Origin: Atribacterota bacterium
GTDB lineage: Bacteria; Atribacterota; Phoenicimicrobiia; Phoenicimicrobiales; Stramentimicrobiaceae
DNA length: 64,000 nucleotides
Direction: 5' to 3'
Assembly: GCA_040767965.1 (NCBI GenBank)
Contig: JAXGNR010000004.1
Coordinates: 352,001 to 416,000, forward strand
Part shown: positions 1 through 9,979 of the stretch, piece after piece
How positions within the stretch are numbered: the stretch's first letter is position 1
Layout: every line of letters starts with the position of its first letter
Made by a program: the position numbers and the translations under genes
Notes under the pieces: model-generated
Told to the model about the DNA's origin: nothing
The model's input: only the letters and a program-made list of their open reading frames with translations
Database searches by the model: none

Positions 1-358
1 TACCAGTGGTGACAACATCTTCACTTATCAAGATATTAGATCCTTTCTTTACTGTAAAACCTCTTCTGAGAGTAACTGTATTGTCAACCCTTTCAGTGAA
101 AATTGTTTCCACATTCATTTGTCTACCCATTTCATATGAAGTAATAATTCCTCCAATGGCTGGTCCCACTATCAGATCAATTTTCAAATCACTTATTTTT
201 GCACATATTATTTTCATTATCTGCTCCGCATGCCAGGGGAACCTTAAGGCTTGTGCACATTGCACATACTGACGGGAATGCTTGCCTGAAGAAAGCAGAA
301 AATGGCCTTCTAGTAAAGCACCAGTTTCTTTCAAAATATTCAAGATTTTGGTATTCAT
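1..358 (-). CDS. pyrE: Orotate phosphoribosyltransferase (5' part; runs off window edge)
   Basis: Not in ORF track. Manual minus-strand translation from ATG at 358 gives MNTKILNILKETGALLEGHFLLSSGKHS... and the PRPP-binding ILISEDVVTTG near position 1. AAGGAG RBS upstream; last gene of pyr operon. Confidence 0.93.
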   Translation of the reverse strand, partial: MNTKILNILKETGALLEGHFLLSSGKHSRQYVQCAQALRFPWHAEQIMKIICAKISDLKIDLIVGPAIGGIITSYEMGRQMNVETIFTERVDNTVTLRRGFTVKKGSNILISEDVVTTG

Positions 359-383
359 ATTATTCTCCTTATTATCCTTACTA

Positions 384-1289
384 TTAAATTATCCCAACTA
401 TTTCTTTAAGAGTAGAGATTTTGTTTGTTTCTAAATAATTATATAAGTCTATAAGTATTCTTTCACCAATGTTAGGATTAATAAAATTTGCTGTTCCTAT
501 CTGGACAGCTTGTGCTCCTGCCATCAGGAATTCTAAAACATCCTCTGCACTCATAATTCCTCCAATACCCATTACCGGGATAGAAATATTATGCGATACT
601 TCATGTACCATTCTCAGGGCAATCGGTTTAATACATGGACCTGACAATCCTGCATAGGTATTCTCAAAAACCTTTCTTTTTTGGATTACATCTATAGCTA
701 AAGACCTGACAGTGTTTATTAGTGAAACAGCATCAGCCCCTTCTTCCTGGCACACCTGGGCAATTCTGACAATATCATCGGCATCGGGACTTAATTTTAT
801 CATTAAAGGGCAGTTTACAACATTTCTGGTTTCTTTAACTACTTCACGGGTAGTATTTTCTTTAATACCAAAAGGAATATTATTTTCCTTTATATTGGGA
901 CAGGAAATATTTAATTCAATCATATCTACTTTTTCCAGGGATATTTTTTCACACGCTGAAATATAATCATTTAAACTGGAACCACTTATATTTATTACAT
1001 GTACCAAGTTTAGTGATTTCATATAAGGAAGCTCTTTTTGTATAAACTGCTCAATTCCTGGATTTTCCAATCCTACACTATTCATCATTAAAGACTCAGT
1101 TTCCCAGACACGGATACCTTTGTTGCCGGATCTGGGTTGCAGAGTTAAACCTTTGCTGACAATTCCGCCTAATTTTTCAATTTCGTACAATTCAGCATAT
1201 TCACGACCAAAACCGAAGGTACCTGAAGCCATAAAAAGAGGGTTTTTTAATAAAAAATTTAAAAAAGGTAATTGTAAGGGGTTATTCAT
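384..1289 (-). CDS. pyrD: Dihydroorotate dehydrogenase (NAD+, class 1B) catalytic subunit
   Basis: KNPLFMASGTFGFG, ELNISCPN, GLSGPCIKPIALRMV motifs. Start moved to MNNPLQ (1289), overlapping the pyrK stop. Confidence 0.95.
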   Translation of the reverse strand: MNNPLQLPFLNFLLKNPLFMASGTFGFGREYAELYEIEKLGGIVSKGLTLQPRSGNKGIRVWETESLMMNSVGLENPGIEQFIQKELPYMKSLNLVHVINISGSSLNDYISACEKISLEKVDMIELNISCPNIKENNIPFGIKENTTREVVKETRNVVNCPLMIKLSPDADDIVRIAQVCQEEGADAVSLINTVRSLAIDVIQKRKVFENTYAGLSGPCIKPIALRMVHEVSHNISIPVMGIGGIMSAEDVLEFLMAGAQAVQIGTANFINPNIGERILIDLYNYLETNKISTLKEIVGII

Positions 1290-1989
1290 AAAAGATATCC
1301 TTTCCCAGAAAAACAGGTCCATCTTTGCATACTCTAGCATTACCATTTTTTGTTTGACAGGAACAAACCAAACAAGCCCCTACTCCGCAAGCCATTCTCT
1401 TTTCCAGAGAAAGATAATGTTTGATATTATAATTTCGGGCTTTTTCTTCTATTTTTCGCATCATGATTTCTGGTCCGCAACTGAAAATTATATTATATTT
1501 CTGATATGGAATATAATCTGTAATATATCCTCCATAGTTTATCTCCAGAAGATTGGATAATTTTTGAAAATAAGATTCGAAAACATTTTTTTGCTGTAAA
1601 CCTAAGAAAACATCAATGTTTTTAACTTCAGGATTACCTTGTAATTTTTTTAAAGCATAGAAGAGGGGGGCAATACCTGTTCCTCCTCCAACCAAAGCTA
1701 GATTTCCTGATATATTTGTGGGGAATCCGTTACCATATGGGCCATTAATAGTAATTTCATCACCAATTCTACATTTTGCTAAAACAGCCGTTCCTTTGCC
1801 GCTTATGCAGTAGAGGAAGGTAACTCCATCCTCCTCTAAATCATAAACACTCATTGGCCGGCTTAAAAACATTTCCTGACTATTTTTTCTAATCATAAAA
1901 AATTGCCCTATCTGAGCATGGTATTTACCTGCAATTTTTAAGAGATAATAATTATTTTTCAAGGGTTTATTAAAAGAAACTAGCGCCAT
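1282..1989 (-). CDS. pyrK: Dihydroorotate dehydrogenase electron transfer subunit
   Basis: RPMS, GPYGNGF, GGGTGIAP, and [2Fe-2S] motif MACGVGACLVC...VCKDGPVF; adjacent to pyrD. Confidence 0.95.
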   Translation of the reverse strand: MALVSFNKPLKNNYYLLKIAGKYHAQIGQFFMIRKNSQEMFLSRPMSVYDLEEDGVTFLYCISGKGTAVLAKCRIGDEITINGPYGNGFPTNISGNLALVGGGTGIAPLFYALKKLQGNPEVKNIDVFLGLQQKNVFESYFQKLSNLLEINYGGYITDYIPYQKYNIIFSCGPEIMMRKIEEKARNYNIKHYLSLEKRMACGVGACLVCSCQTKNGNARVCKDGPVFLGKDIFYE

Positions 1990-2837
1990 TGGCTTATATC
2001 CTTTTTCATTTTCAAAACTTTTTCTCTGGTAATAGTAACAAAATTGTCTGTTTCATCAAGACCTTTATGAGCAGCAATTATCCCACGAGATGAATTGATA
2101 ACTGCATTAATATTATTTTTAAATATTCTGGAAAAGTCTTTCCCGGTACCTCCCTGTGCTCCATAGCCAGGAATAAGGAAAAACGTGTGCCGGGCTACGT
2201 TTTTTATTTTGATGAATTCTTCAGGGTAGGTTAATCCTACCACTGCCCCAATGGTACTATAATTGTACTTACCTCTAAATTTCTCTCCCCATTCCTCAAT
2301 TTTCCTGGCAACATGCAGGTAAAGAGGTTGTCCTTCAACTACTAATTCCTGGAAGTCTTGTGAGCTTGGATTAGAAGTTTTTGCTAGGATAAATAATCCT
2401 TTTTCTCCATTATCTAAATATGGGAAATAAGGTTCAATAGCATCTAGTCCCATATATGGGTTGATAGTAAGAAAATCTGCCTCAAAATCACCTGAAAAAT
2501 GACCTTGCGCATATTCTTGTGCAGTAGAAAAAATATCACCACGCTTAACATCGGCAATAACTATATTTTCTTTTTTTCTAATATGTGCCAGGGTTTTTTG
2601 ATAAGCCTGAAGTCCCAGGATGCCATGTGCTTCATAACAGGCAATTTGTACTTTATAACAAGCAGTAATATCCGAAGTGTTATCAATAATAGCTTTATTA
2701 AAAAGAAATAATTTGTCTGCAATACTTATGTCCTGTTTACAGGCAAGAGAATCTGGAAGATAATCTAATCTGGTGTCAAGCCCTATGCAGACCGGCCCTC
2801 TTTCTTTTACTAATTCATAAAGTTTATCTATTATCAT
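1980..2837 (-). CDS. pyrF: Orotidine-5'-phosphate decarboxylase (subfamily 2)
   Basis: CIGLD, DVKRGDI, PGYGAQGG, NSSRGII motifs. Confidence 0.96.
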   Translation of the reverse strand: MIIDKLYELVKERGPVCIGLDTRLDYLPDSLACKQDISIADKLFLFNKAIIDNTSDITACYKVQIACYEAHGILGLQAYQKTLAHIRKKENIVIADVKRGDIFSTAQEYAQGHFSGDFEADFLTINPYMGLDAIEPYFPYLDNGEKGLFILAKTSNPSSQDFQELVVEGQPLYLHVARKIEEWGEKFRGKYNYSTIGAVVGLTYPEEFIKIKNVARHTFFLIPGYGAQGGTGKDFSRIFKNNINAVINSSRGIIAAHKGLDETDNFVTITREKVLKMKKDISQWR

Positions 2838-3987
2838 ATTTAATTTTTCCTTCTTTAAAAGTCATCAAAATTTTTCCATATACCACTTGTCCTAAAAAAG
2901 GTGTATTTCCTGCCTTAGAATGTAGAATATGCCTATTTATTTCATATTTTTTACTTAAATCGATAAGAACAAAATTAGCTTTAGAATAAATTTCAGAAAG
3001 AAAACTGGTTTTTTCAATCCCTAATAGTTTTGCTGGTTTTTCTGACATTAATTTACTCAGCAATTGAATACTGATATTGTATTTTTTGAAAAGAGTATAC
3101 ACAAGAGAAAAAGCGTGATCGAACTCAATTAAACCCCGGGCACCTTTAAGTTTATCTTCACTGCTATGAGGAGCATGATCTGTAGCAATAATGTCAACAG
3201 TTCCATCCAGCAGTCCTTCCAGTAAAGCTTCAGCATCTTCTTTCTTGCGAAAGGGGGGATGTACCATATAATCCAGATCATAGCTGAACAGATGATGTGG
3301 TGTAACTTCACAGCTAAATTCCAATCCTTTGCTTTTTGCCTTTCTTATAATCTGAAGGCTGTCTTTTTTGCTAACATGGCAAATATGTAAATTACCTCCG
3401 TATAATTTAAGTAACTCCAAATCCCGGGTAATTATTTCTGTTTCAGGTTCACAATGAGTGAGTATTTTAAAGTTATACTTTGTTGATGCCTGCAATGCTT
3501 TTATCATAGTATTTTCATCTTTTATAGGGATCCCATCATTGGAAAAAAGTCGGGTATAGGTAATCATTTTCTCAAAATCTACCAGATTAGTGGTATCAAG
3601 TCCATAAGTAACTGCTGAAATGGGGATTACATTACACAATCCCAGTTTTTGTGCCTTGTTTATAATATAATTGATTGTTTCTGGATTATCGCAAACAGGC
3701 AGAGTATTTGCCATACAGCAAATGGTGGTAAAACCGCCGGCCAAAGCAGCCTGTTGTCCACTTTCCAGATCTTCCTTATAAGTATATCCGGGATCTCTTA
3801 AATGGCAATGCAAATCTATAAAAGAAGGAAGTAGACCCCAATTCTCACCTGGAATAATTTCTGTGATAGATTCATTATTGACATTATTATCTTCCAGTAC
3901 TATAAAATTACCCTTCTTAATTAATATACTGGCAATCCTATCAGTATCTGAATCAATTATTCTAATATTCTTTAATAATACAGACAT
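2824..3987 (-). CDS. pyrC: Dihydroorotase
   Basis: DLHCHLRDPG, MANTLP, CEVTPHHL, IATDHAPH metal-binding motifs. Confidence 0.95.
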   Translation of the reverse strand: MSVLLKNIRIIDSDTDRIASILIKKGNFIVLEDNNVNNESITEIIPGENWGLLPSFIDLHCHLRDPGYTYKEDLESGQQAALAGGFTTICCMANTLPVCDNPETINYIINKAQKLGLCNVIPISAVTYGLDTTNLVDFEKMITYTRLFSNDGIPIKDENTMIKALQASTKYNFKILTHCEPETEIITRDLELLKLYGGNLHICHVSKKDSLQIIRKAKSKGLEFSCEVTPHHLFSYDLDYMVHPPFRKKEDAEALLEGLLDGTVDIIATDHAPHSSEDKLKGARGLIEFDHAFSLVYTLFKKYNISIQLLSKLMSEKPAKLLGIEKTSFLSEIYSKANFVLIDLSKKYEINRHILHSKAGNTPFLGQVVYGKILMTFKEGKIKYDNR

Positions 3988-3996
3988 TTCAATTAC

Positions 3997-4419
3997 CTAA
4001 ATTCTTGTTTTTTCATGACAATATTCACATTGATATTCCCCAATAGCAGGGTTAACCAGAGTAAACTCGATATCGCCAACATTTTCAACAGTGCTAATGC
4101 ATCTTGGATTTTTACATTTTAAAATACCATAGACCTTTTTGGGTAGTTCAAGTTTTATCTTCTTTTTCCTTTGTCCGTTTTCTATAATATTAATGGTGAC
4201 TCCTGAGTCTATTAATCCTAAGACAGTTAAATCAAGATAAATATCATTTTCTATTTTGATAAGGTCTTTTACTCCCATTTTAGTAGAAGGAATGTTCCTA
4301 AGCAATACTACGGTATCATCTAATTTATCCAGGCTTAACTGGCTAAATATTTTATATCCATTTCCAGACTTGATATGATCTATTACAATCCCTTTTTTTA
4401 ATTTGGAAACATTTATCAT
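3997..4419 (-). CDS. pyrI: Aspartate carbamoyltransferase regulatory chain
   Basis: [14 protein letters not shown], Zn-binding CKNPRCIS...CEYC. Confidence 0.96.
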   Translation of the reverse strand: MINVSKLKKGIVIDHIKSGNGYKIFSQLSLDKLDDTVVLLRNIPSTKMGVKDLIKIENDIYLDLTVLGLIDSGVTINIIENGQRKKKIKLELPKKVYGILKCKNPRCISTVENVGDIEFTLVNPAIGEYQCEYCHEKTRI

Positions 4420-5339
4420 AAATTATCTCCTTTCCCAAGTATCTTGGATATCAAAGCCATTCTAATAAACATTCCATATCTTGCTTGTTTGAAGTAAACT
4501 GCTCTTTCATCATCATCAACTTCAGCGGCTATTTCGTTAACTCTTGGCAGAGGATGCATAATGAGCATATCTTCATTTGCCATTTTTAAAATTTCATTGT
4601 TTAAGATATAAGAGTCTTTTAAACGCAAGTATTCCTGCTCACTAAAAAATCTTTCTTTTTGGATTCTGGTCATATAAAGTATGTCCAATTTGCCGATACT
4701 ATTTTCCAAAGAATTTGTTTCCTGATAGGATTCTTTACCAATTCCTTCTTTTATATAATCAGGAATACGTAATTCTTCTGGAGATATGAATACAAAATTA
4801 ATATTCGGGTATCTGGAAAGAATTTTAGTTAAAGAGTGGGTAGTTCTGCCAAACTTTAAATCTCCGCATAATCCAATTGTAAAATTGCTGATTGAACCTT
4901 TTAATTGTTTGATAGTCAGTAAATCTGTTAAGGTTTGGGTTGGGTGCTGATGACCGCCATCTCCGGCATTTATGACAGGTACCCTAGAATGTTTTGAAGC
5001 AAGTTTAGGTGCTCCTTCTTTTGGATGTCTGATAATAATTAAATCAGCATAACCAGAAATTGTCTGTATTGTATCTACTAGACTTTCTCCCTTAGAAACA
5101 GAAGAAGACATTGCATCTGCAAAGCCAATTACCTGTCCTCCTAATCTCAGGATAGCCGATTCAAAACTAAATTTTGTTCTGGTAGATGGTTCATAAAAGA
5201 GAGTAGCAATTAAATTGCCCTTGCAAAGGTTGGAATAATCATGTTCATTTTTTATAATTTCTGTTGCATAAGAGATCAGATCATCTATTTCCTCGAAAGA
5301 AAAATCATTTACTTCAATTAAATGCTTTCCTTTTATCAT
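4416..5339 (-). CDS. pyrB: Aspartate carbamoyltransferase catalytic chain
   Basis: [34 protein letters not shown]. Confidence 0.98.
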   Translation of the reverse strand: MIKGKHLIEVNDFSFEEIDDLISYATEIIKNEHDYSNLCKGNLIATLFYEPSTRTKFSFESAILRLGGQVIGFADAMSSSVSKGESLVDTIQTISGYADLIIIRHPKEGAPKLASKHSRVPVINAGDGGHQHPTQTLTDLLTIKQLKGSISNFTIGLCGDLKFGRTTHSLTKILSRYPNINFVFISPEELRIPDYIKEGIGKESYQETNSLENSIGKLDILYMTRIQKERFFSEQEYLRLKDSYILNNEILKMANEDMLIMHPLPRVNEIAAEVDDDERAVYFKQARYGMFIRMALISKILGKGDNL

Positions 5340-5347
5340 ACAAATCC

Positions 5348-5380
5348 TCCTTTTCAGTCTCTCCAGGACTAAATTAAAGT
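5348..5380 (-). promoter_or_regulatory. PyrR-binding RNA loop overlapping the pyrB ribosome-binding site
   Basis: Minus strand ACTTTAATTTAGTCCTGGAGAGACTGAAAAGGA matches the PyrR-site pattern CUUUAA..AGUCC.G.GAG.CU..GAAAG, and its 3' end runs into the AGGAGG RBS. Confidence 0.8.
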
Positions 5381-5389
5381 TTTTTACAT

Positions 5390-5420
5390 AAAAAAACCTT
5401 TTCGTATAAAACGAAAAGGT
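5390..5420 (-). terminator. Attenuator terminator in pyr leader
   Basis: Minus strand ACCTTTTCGT-TTTAT-ACGAAAAGGT followed by a T run. Confidence 0.85.
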
Positions 5421-5477
5421 AAATTTGAATTAATCTTTATTATTCTATGCTTTAAGAAGAAATATCTCATGAGTATA

Positions 5478-5508
5478 GCCTTTCTAACATCTCGTGTTAG
5501 TTTAAAGA
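5478..5508 (-). promoter_or_regulatory. Second, more divergent PyrR-binding loop upstream of the leader terminator
   Basis: Minus strand TCTTTAAA-CTAACA-CGAGA-TGTTAG-AAAGGC: CUUUAA, GAGA-loop hairpin and GAAAGG, positioned as an anti-antiterminator. Confidence 0.6.
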
Positions 5509-5517
5509 TTCCACAAA

Positions 5518-5546
5518 ATAATATATCATCGCTTTCAGATTGTCAA
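5518..5546 (-). promoter_or_regulatory. sigma70-type promoter of pyr operon
   Basis: Minus strand TTGACA-17 nt-TATTAT. Confidence 0.7.
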
Positions 5547-5714
5547 TAAGAGAGTCTAATTTTTTAAATAATGATTTTTTAAGAATAGTGCTTCAAATAT
5601 ACTATAAATTGAAATATTACTATGAAAAAAATCAGTTATTGTAATATAATAAAAATTATTATTATTATTTATTAATTGGATAAAAACTTTAAATAAAAAC
5701 AACCCAGAGAAAGG

Positions 5715-6488
5715 ATGAGAAAAATCAGTACACAATTTATTGAGACGCACGCCCACCTAGATATGATAAAAAGGAAATCTTCAGATGTTGTGCAAGAGGC
5801 CCTGACAAATGGTGTTTTTAAAATAATAACTATTGGAGTAGATATAGAATCCAGTGAAGATAATTTACTTTTATCTGAGAAATTAGAAAATGTCTATACC
5901 GCTATTGGCTTCCATCCGCATGAGAGCAAAAAAATGAACTCAGATGAATATTTTAAGTTGGAAAAAATGCTTTTAAATCCTAAAAATGTTGCACTTGGGG
6001 AAATTGGATTAGATTATTATTATCAACATAGTACTATTGAAGAACAAAAAACAGCTTTTCGTGAGCAGATTGACCTGGCAAAAAAATATGATTTACCTAT
6101 CATAATCCATGATAGAGATGCCCACCAGGATACTATGGAAATCCTGAAGGAAAAAGGGAAAAACTTAAAGATAGTTTTCCATTGCTTTTCTGGTGATCGT
6201 CAAATGGCTCAATGGTGTATAAAAAATAATTATTATTTTGGTATTGGCGGAGTTGTGACTTTCAAAAATGCGAAAAATTTAGTACAGATAGTTAAAGAGA
6301 TACCGCTGAAGAATATACTTTTGGAAACAGATTCACCTTTCTTAACTCCAATTCCTTATAGAGGCAAACCTAATGAACCAAAGTATATTCCGATAATTGC
6401 TGAAAAGATTGCTGAAATAAAAGGGATAAAAATTGACGAAGTTGGAAAGGTTACCACTGAAAATGCCCGAAAAATTTTTAATTTCTAA
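5715..6488 (+). CDS. tatD: TatD family metallohydrolase/DNase
   Basis: THAHLD, GFHPH, GEIGLDY, IHDRDA, HCFSG, LETDSPFL. Confidence 0.93.
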   Translation: MRKISTQFIETHAHLDMIKRKSSDVVQEALTNGVFKIITIGVDIESSEDNLLLSEKLENVYTAIGFHPHESKKMNSDEYFKLEKMLLNPKNVALGEIGLDYYYQHSTIEEQKTAFREQIDLAKKYDLPIIIHDRDAHQDTMEILKEKGKNLKIVFHCFSGDRQMAQWCIKNNYYFGIGGVVTFKNAKNLVQIVKEIPLKNILLETDSPFLTPIPYRGKPNEPKYIPIIAEKIAEIKGIKIDEVGKVTTENARKIFNF

Positions 6489-6591
6489 TTAAGAAATTAA
6501 GAACAAAGGAATTATATAGCTGGCGTGATGGAGATTTCACCAGTTGTTAATTTAGTTAATTAAATTGAAAAAATATTTCTTGCAACTTCCG

Positions 6592-6620
6592 TTGACTTTT
6601 TTATATTTAACAGGTATTAT
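6592..6620 (+). promoter_or_regulatory. sigma70-type promoter for leader peptide/ABC operon
   Basis: TTGACT-17 nt-TATTAT, 38 nt upstream of the leader ATG. Confidence 0.7.
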
Positions 6621-6658
6621 ATTTTTAACATTTAAAAATACTGAAAAGATAATAAATT

Positions 6659-6724
6659 ATGAAAACAAATAATATAATACAACAATTTTATAATTATTTT
6701 TACTACTATTATATTCCGGGGTAA
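6659..6724 (+). CDS. Tyr/Phe-rich attenuator leader peptide, 21 aa (MKTNNIIQQFYNYFYYYYIPG)
   Basis: Manual translation. Six Tyr and two Phe codons in a 9-codon run, followed by alternative hairpins and terminators. RBS is weak. Confidence 0.8.
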   Translation: MKTNNIIQQFYNYFYYYYIPG

Positions 6725-6774
6725 GTGCCTAGCGGTTTGGTAGTAGTAAGAAAAAATCATTTTGATAAAATATA

Positions 6775-6852
6775 CCACAGGCATTTACCTCAGAAAAATG
6801 CCTGTGGTTTTTTGTTTGCAACCACGGGTGTATAAAACATTCGTGGTTTTTT
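6775..6852 (+). terminator. Two tandem intrinsic terminator hairpins in the ABC operon leader
   Basis: ACCACAGGCATTT...AAATGCCTGTGGT+TTTTT and AACCACGGGTGT...ACATTCGTGGTT+TTTT. Confidence 0.85.
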
Positions 6853-6965
6853 ATATTTAAAAAAGAAAGGAGATGATTGATAGCCAAATAATTAGATCAA
6901 AAGATGATTGTTCAAAGCAAAACAAGTATGAAACTGTTCTTTAATAAAAAAAAGGAGGAAATAAA

Positions 6966-7988
6966 ATGAGAGCAAAAAATAATAGATCAATGATTTTTAC
7001 AGCAATTATTCTTGTGTTTACTGTAATTTTCTTATTCACCGGGATTTCTGCCCTGGCCAGTCCTTTAAAAATTGGAGTGAGCCAGATAGTAGAACATCCT
7101 GCTCTTGACAATTGTCGGGATGGCTTTGTAGATGGACTAGAAAAAGCAGGCTATGTTACAGGTGAAGATGTTGTTTATGATTTCCAAAATGCACAGGGAG
7201 AATTTAGCAATGCAATTTCTATTGCTCAGAAATTTAAAGATGATAAGGTAGATATGATTTTTGCAATTTCTACACCTATTGCCCAGGCGTCTGTCCAGGT
7301 TACTAACGATATTCCTATAATAATCTGCGCTATTACTGATCCGATAGCAGCGAATATTGCTGAAAGCTGGGAAAGCTCAGGAAATAATGTTACTGGAATG
7401 TCTGACGCAGCCCCCAATGAAGCACAATTAAAACTGATACCAAGATTTTTCCCTCAAGCAACGAAGGTGGGAACTATTTATAATGCAGGGGAGGCTAATT
7501 CTGTTGTCCAGGTTGAACTTTCCAGAGAAATATGCAAAGATCTAGGTTTAGAATTAGTCGAAACTACAGTCAGTAATTCTAATGAAGTTTTGATGGCTGC
7601 TCAATCCTTGGCTGGCAGAATTGATGTTTTTTATATTGTCACAGACAATGTTGCTGTTTCTGCTATCAGTTCAATTGTTAAAGTTTCTTTAGAGGAAAAA
7701 ATACCTATAATACTTGCTGATCCAACTAATGTTCCTGATGGTGGATTTGCCTCTTTTGGAATAGATTACTATACATTAGGGCAAAAAAGTGCTGAAAAAG
7801 CTGTCCAGGTTATTGAAGGAGCAGCCCCCAAAGAGATTCCTATCGGAAAACTCGATAAAGCTGATGAATTAAAATTTGTTATCAATATCGATGTAGCTCA
7901 GGAAATAGGAATTGCCATACCTGAAGAAATTTTACAGGAAGCTGATACTATTATTTTTAGTAGTACTAGCTGGAATCGCAGTGAATAG
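6966..7988 (+). CDS. ABC transporter substrate-binding protein, putative Trp/Tyr (TrpX-like) family
   Basis: Signal peptide; QIVEHPALD, QNAQGE, AITDP, NVTGMSD, EANS, TDN motifs. Confidence 0.88.
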   Translation: MRAKNNRSMIFTAIILVFTVIFLFTGISALASPLKIGVSQIVEHPALDNCRDGFVDGLEKAGYVTGEDVVYDFQNAQGEFSNAISIAQKFKDDKVDMIFAISTPIAQASVQVTNDIPIIICAITDPIAANIAESWESSGNNVTGMSDAAPNEAQLKLIPRFFPQATKVGTIYNAGEANSVVQVELSREICKDLGLELVETTVSNSNEVLMAAQSLAGRIDVFYIVTDNVAVSAISSIVKVSLEEKIPIILADPTNVPDGGFASFGIDYYTLGQKSAEKAVQVIEGAAPKEIPIGKLDKADELKFVINIDVAQEIGIAIPEEILQEADTIIFSSTSWNRSE

Positions 7989-8026
7989 ATTAAAGATATG
8001 TTAAAAAGAGGAGGAGTTAACATAAA

Positions 8027-8956
8027 ATGAGTTGGAGCTTAGTATTTCATGCAATAGAACAGGGACTTGTTTTTGGTCTGATGGCTTTAGGTGTTTATAT
8101 CACTTTTCAGGTTTTAGATTTCCCTGATTTGTCTGTTGATGGCAGCTTTCCTTTGGGTGCTGCTATTGCAGCCAAAATAATATTCTCAGGAGGACATCCT
8201 TTGGCTGCTATATTATTTGCAGTAATTGGTGGTATAATGGCAGGAGGTTTGACTGCTTTTTTCCATACCCGTCTTAAATTTACAAATCTTTTGTCTGGAA
8301 TATTAACTATGACTTTGTTGTATTCAGTAAACTTGAGGATTATGGGGAAATCCAATATTCCTTTATTAGGGAAAATTACTATTCTTGATAATATTAAAAG
8401 TTTGTTTCCTTTTTTGTCAACAGACCAGTTAACTCCTTTACTTTTTCTATTTATAGTAATTTTAGTAAAGTTATTACTTGACTATTTTTTATCTACAGAA
8501 ATTGGCATGACTATCAGGGCCACTGGAGATAATGAACAAATGATTCGCAGTCTGGGAGTAGATACAAAAGTAACCAAAATAATAGGATTATGCTTATCTA
8601 ATGGTTTAGTAGCATTTTCCGGAGCTTTATTTGCCCAATATTCTGGTTTTTCTGATGTTGGAATGGGTATAGGAACTATTGTATCAGGTCTGGCTTCTGT
8701 AATAATTGGAAGAAGCATAATTAAAAATGGTAGCATCTTTTGGATGACTACCAGTGTAATTATAGGTTCGATAATTTATCGTGCAACTGTAATGATTGCC
8801 TTAAGATATGGTTATCGTCTTGGGTTCCAACCAGGAGATTTAAAACTGATTTCTGTTGTTCTGGTAGTTATTGCCCTAACTTTCCCAATGGTCAGAGGGA
8901 GTGTAAATGCTATAATTGCCTCAAATGGTTCAGATACCACAGAAAAAGAAAAGTAA
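8027..8956 (+). CDS. ABC transporter permease (same system)
   Basis: GVYITFQVLDFPDLSVDGSFPLG, IRATGDN, GLCLSNGLVAFSGAL; multiple TM segments. Confidence 0.9.
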   Translation: MSWSLVFHAIEQGLVFGLMALGVYITFQVLDFPDLSVDGSFPLGAAIAAKIIFSGGHPLAAILFAVIGGIMAGGLTAFFHTRLKFTNLLSGILTMTLLYSVNLRIMGKSNIPLLGKITILDNIKSLFPFLSTDQLTPLLFLFIVILVKLLLDYFLSTEIGMTIRATGDNEQMIRSLGVDTKVTKIIGLCLSNGLVAFSGALFAQYSGFSDVGMGIGTIVSGLASVIIGRSIIKNGSIFWMTTSVIIGSIIYRATVMIALRYGYRLGFQPGDLKLISVVLVVIALTFPMVRGSVNAIIASNGSDTTEKEK

Positions 8957-8972
8957 GAGGAGGATAATAACT

Positions 8973-9764
8973 ATGCTGCGTTTAAAGTCAGTATATAAAT
9001 GTTTTGCAAAAGGAACCACTTATGAAGTAAATGCTTTAACAGGTATTAGTCTAAAAATATCTGAAGGTGATTTTATAACTATAATCGGTAGTAATGGAGC
9101 AGGTAAATCTACTCTTTTAAATATTATATCAGGGACTATGTTACCGGATCGGGGAATCATTAAAATCAATAACCAGGATGTAACTAAGAAACCCGAGCAT
9201 TTTCGGGCAAAATATATTGGTAGAGTATTCCAGGATCCGTTAATGGGGACTGCACCATCTATGAGCATAGAAGAAAATCTTGCTCTTTCTATCCAGCGTT
9301 TTGGCAGAAGCTTAAGATTAGGCTTAAACAGTGAACGTAGGGAATATTTTCGAACAAAATTGGCAGAATTAGGACTAGGGCTAGAGGGAATGCTAAATAA
9401 GAAAGTTGCTTTATTGTCTGGAGGACAAAGACAAGCACTTACTATACTAATGGCTACCATGTTCGATCCCAAGATACTACTACTGGATGAACATACTGCT
9501 TCTCTGGATCCAGGTATAAGCAAAAAAATACAATCAATTACCCAGGAAATAGTAAAAGAAAAAAAATTAACTACTATTATGGTAACTCATAATATGCAAG
9601 AAGCATTGAGATTAGGCAATAGGACTATTATGATGGATCGTGGACGAGTTATTCTAGATATTTCCGGTAAAGAAAAAGAAAATGTTACAATTGATTATTT
9701 ATTGAAACAGTTTGCTAAGTTAAGAAAAGAAGAATACATCGAAGATGAATTAGTACTGGCTTAA
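8973..9764 (+). CDS. ABC transporter ATP-binding protein
   Basis: GSNGAGKST, RVFQDP, LSGGQRQ, LLLDEHTA. Start placed at ATG 8973 after GAGGAGG. Confidence 0.93.
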   Translation: MLRLKSVYKCFAKGTTYEVNALTGISLKISEGDFITIIGSNGAGKSTLLNIISGTMLPDRGIIKINNQDVTKKPEHFRAKYIGRVFQDPLMGTAPSMSIEENLALSIQRFGRSLRLGLNSERREYFRTKLAELGLGLEGMLNKKVALLSGGQRQALTILMATMFDPKILLLDEHTASLDPGISKKIQSITQEIVKEKKLTTIMVTHNMQEALRLGNRTIMMDRGRVILDISGKEKENVTIDYLLKQFAKLRKEEYIEDELVLA

Positions 9765-9852
9765 TTTATAAATAAATTTCATACAGACAGATTAACCTAC
9801 AAAGTAATTATTTTGTTGTTTAAAAGAATTAATAAAAAGAATAAATAGACAT

Positions 9853-9884
9853 AAAAATCCCCGCATAATTTTGGGGATTTTTTA
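9853..9884 (+). terminator. Intrinsic terminator after ABC operon
   Basis: AAAAATCCCCG...TGGGGATTTTTT. Confidence 0.7.
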
Positions 9885-9979
9885 TTTATGGTAAAATATA
9901 CTAAATAATTAAAAAAAGTTATAAGTTATTTTATTCAAATTTTTTAAGAAATGAAAAAGCAGAAAGTATCGGGGGACAC

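Noticed and set aside
6-387. Plus-strand ORFs 6..272 and 199..387
   Set aside because: Antisense shadows of pyrE, which is clearly encoded on the minus strand.
6730-6860. T-box riboswitch upstream of the ABC operon
   Set aside because: No GGTGGNACCGCG T-box motif or stem I signatures; the leader-peptide model explains the structure better.
9020-9523. 167-aa minus-strand ORF, and similar antisense ORFs such as 1120..1560, 17498..17941, 31156..31530 and 61529..61924
   Set aside because: They lie opposite well-supported genes and have no recognisable motifs or RBS.
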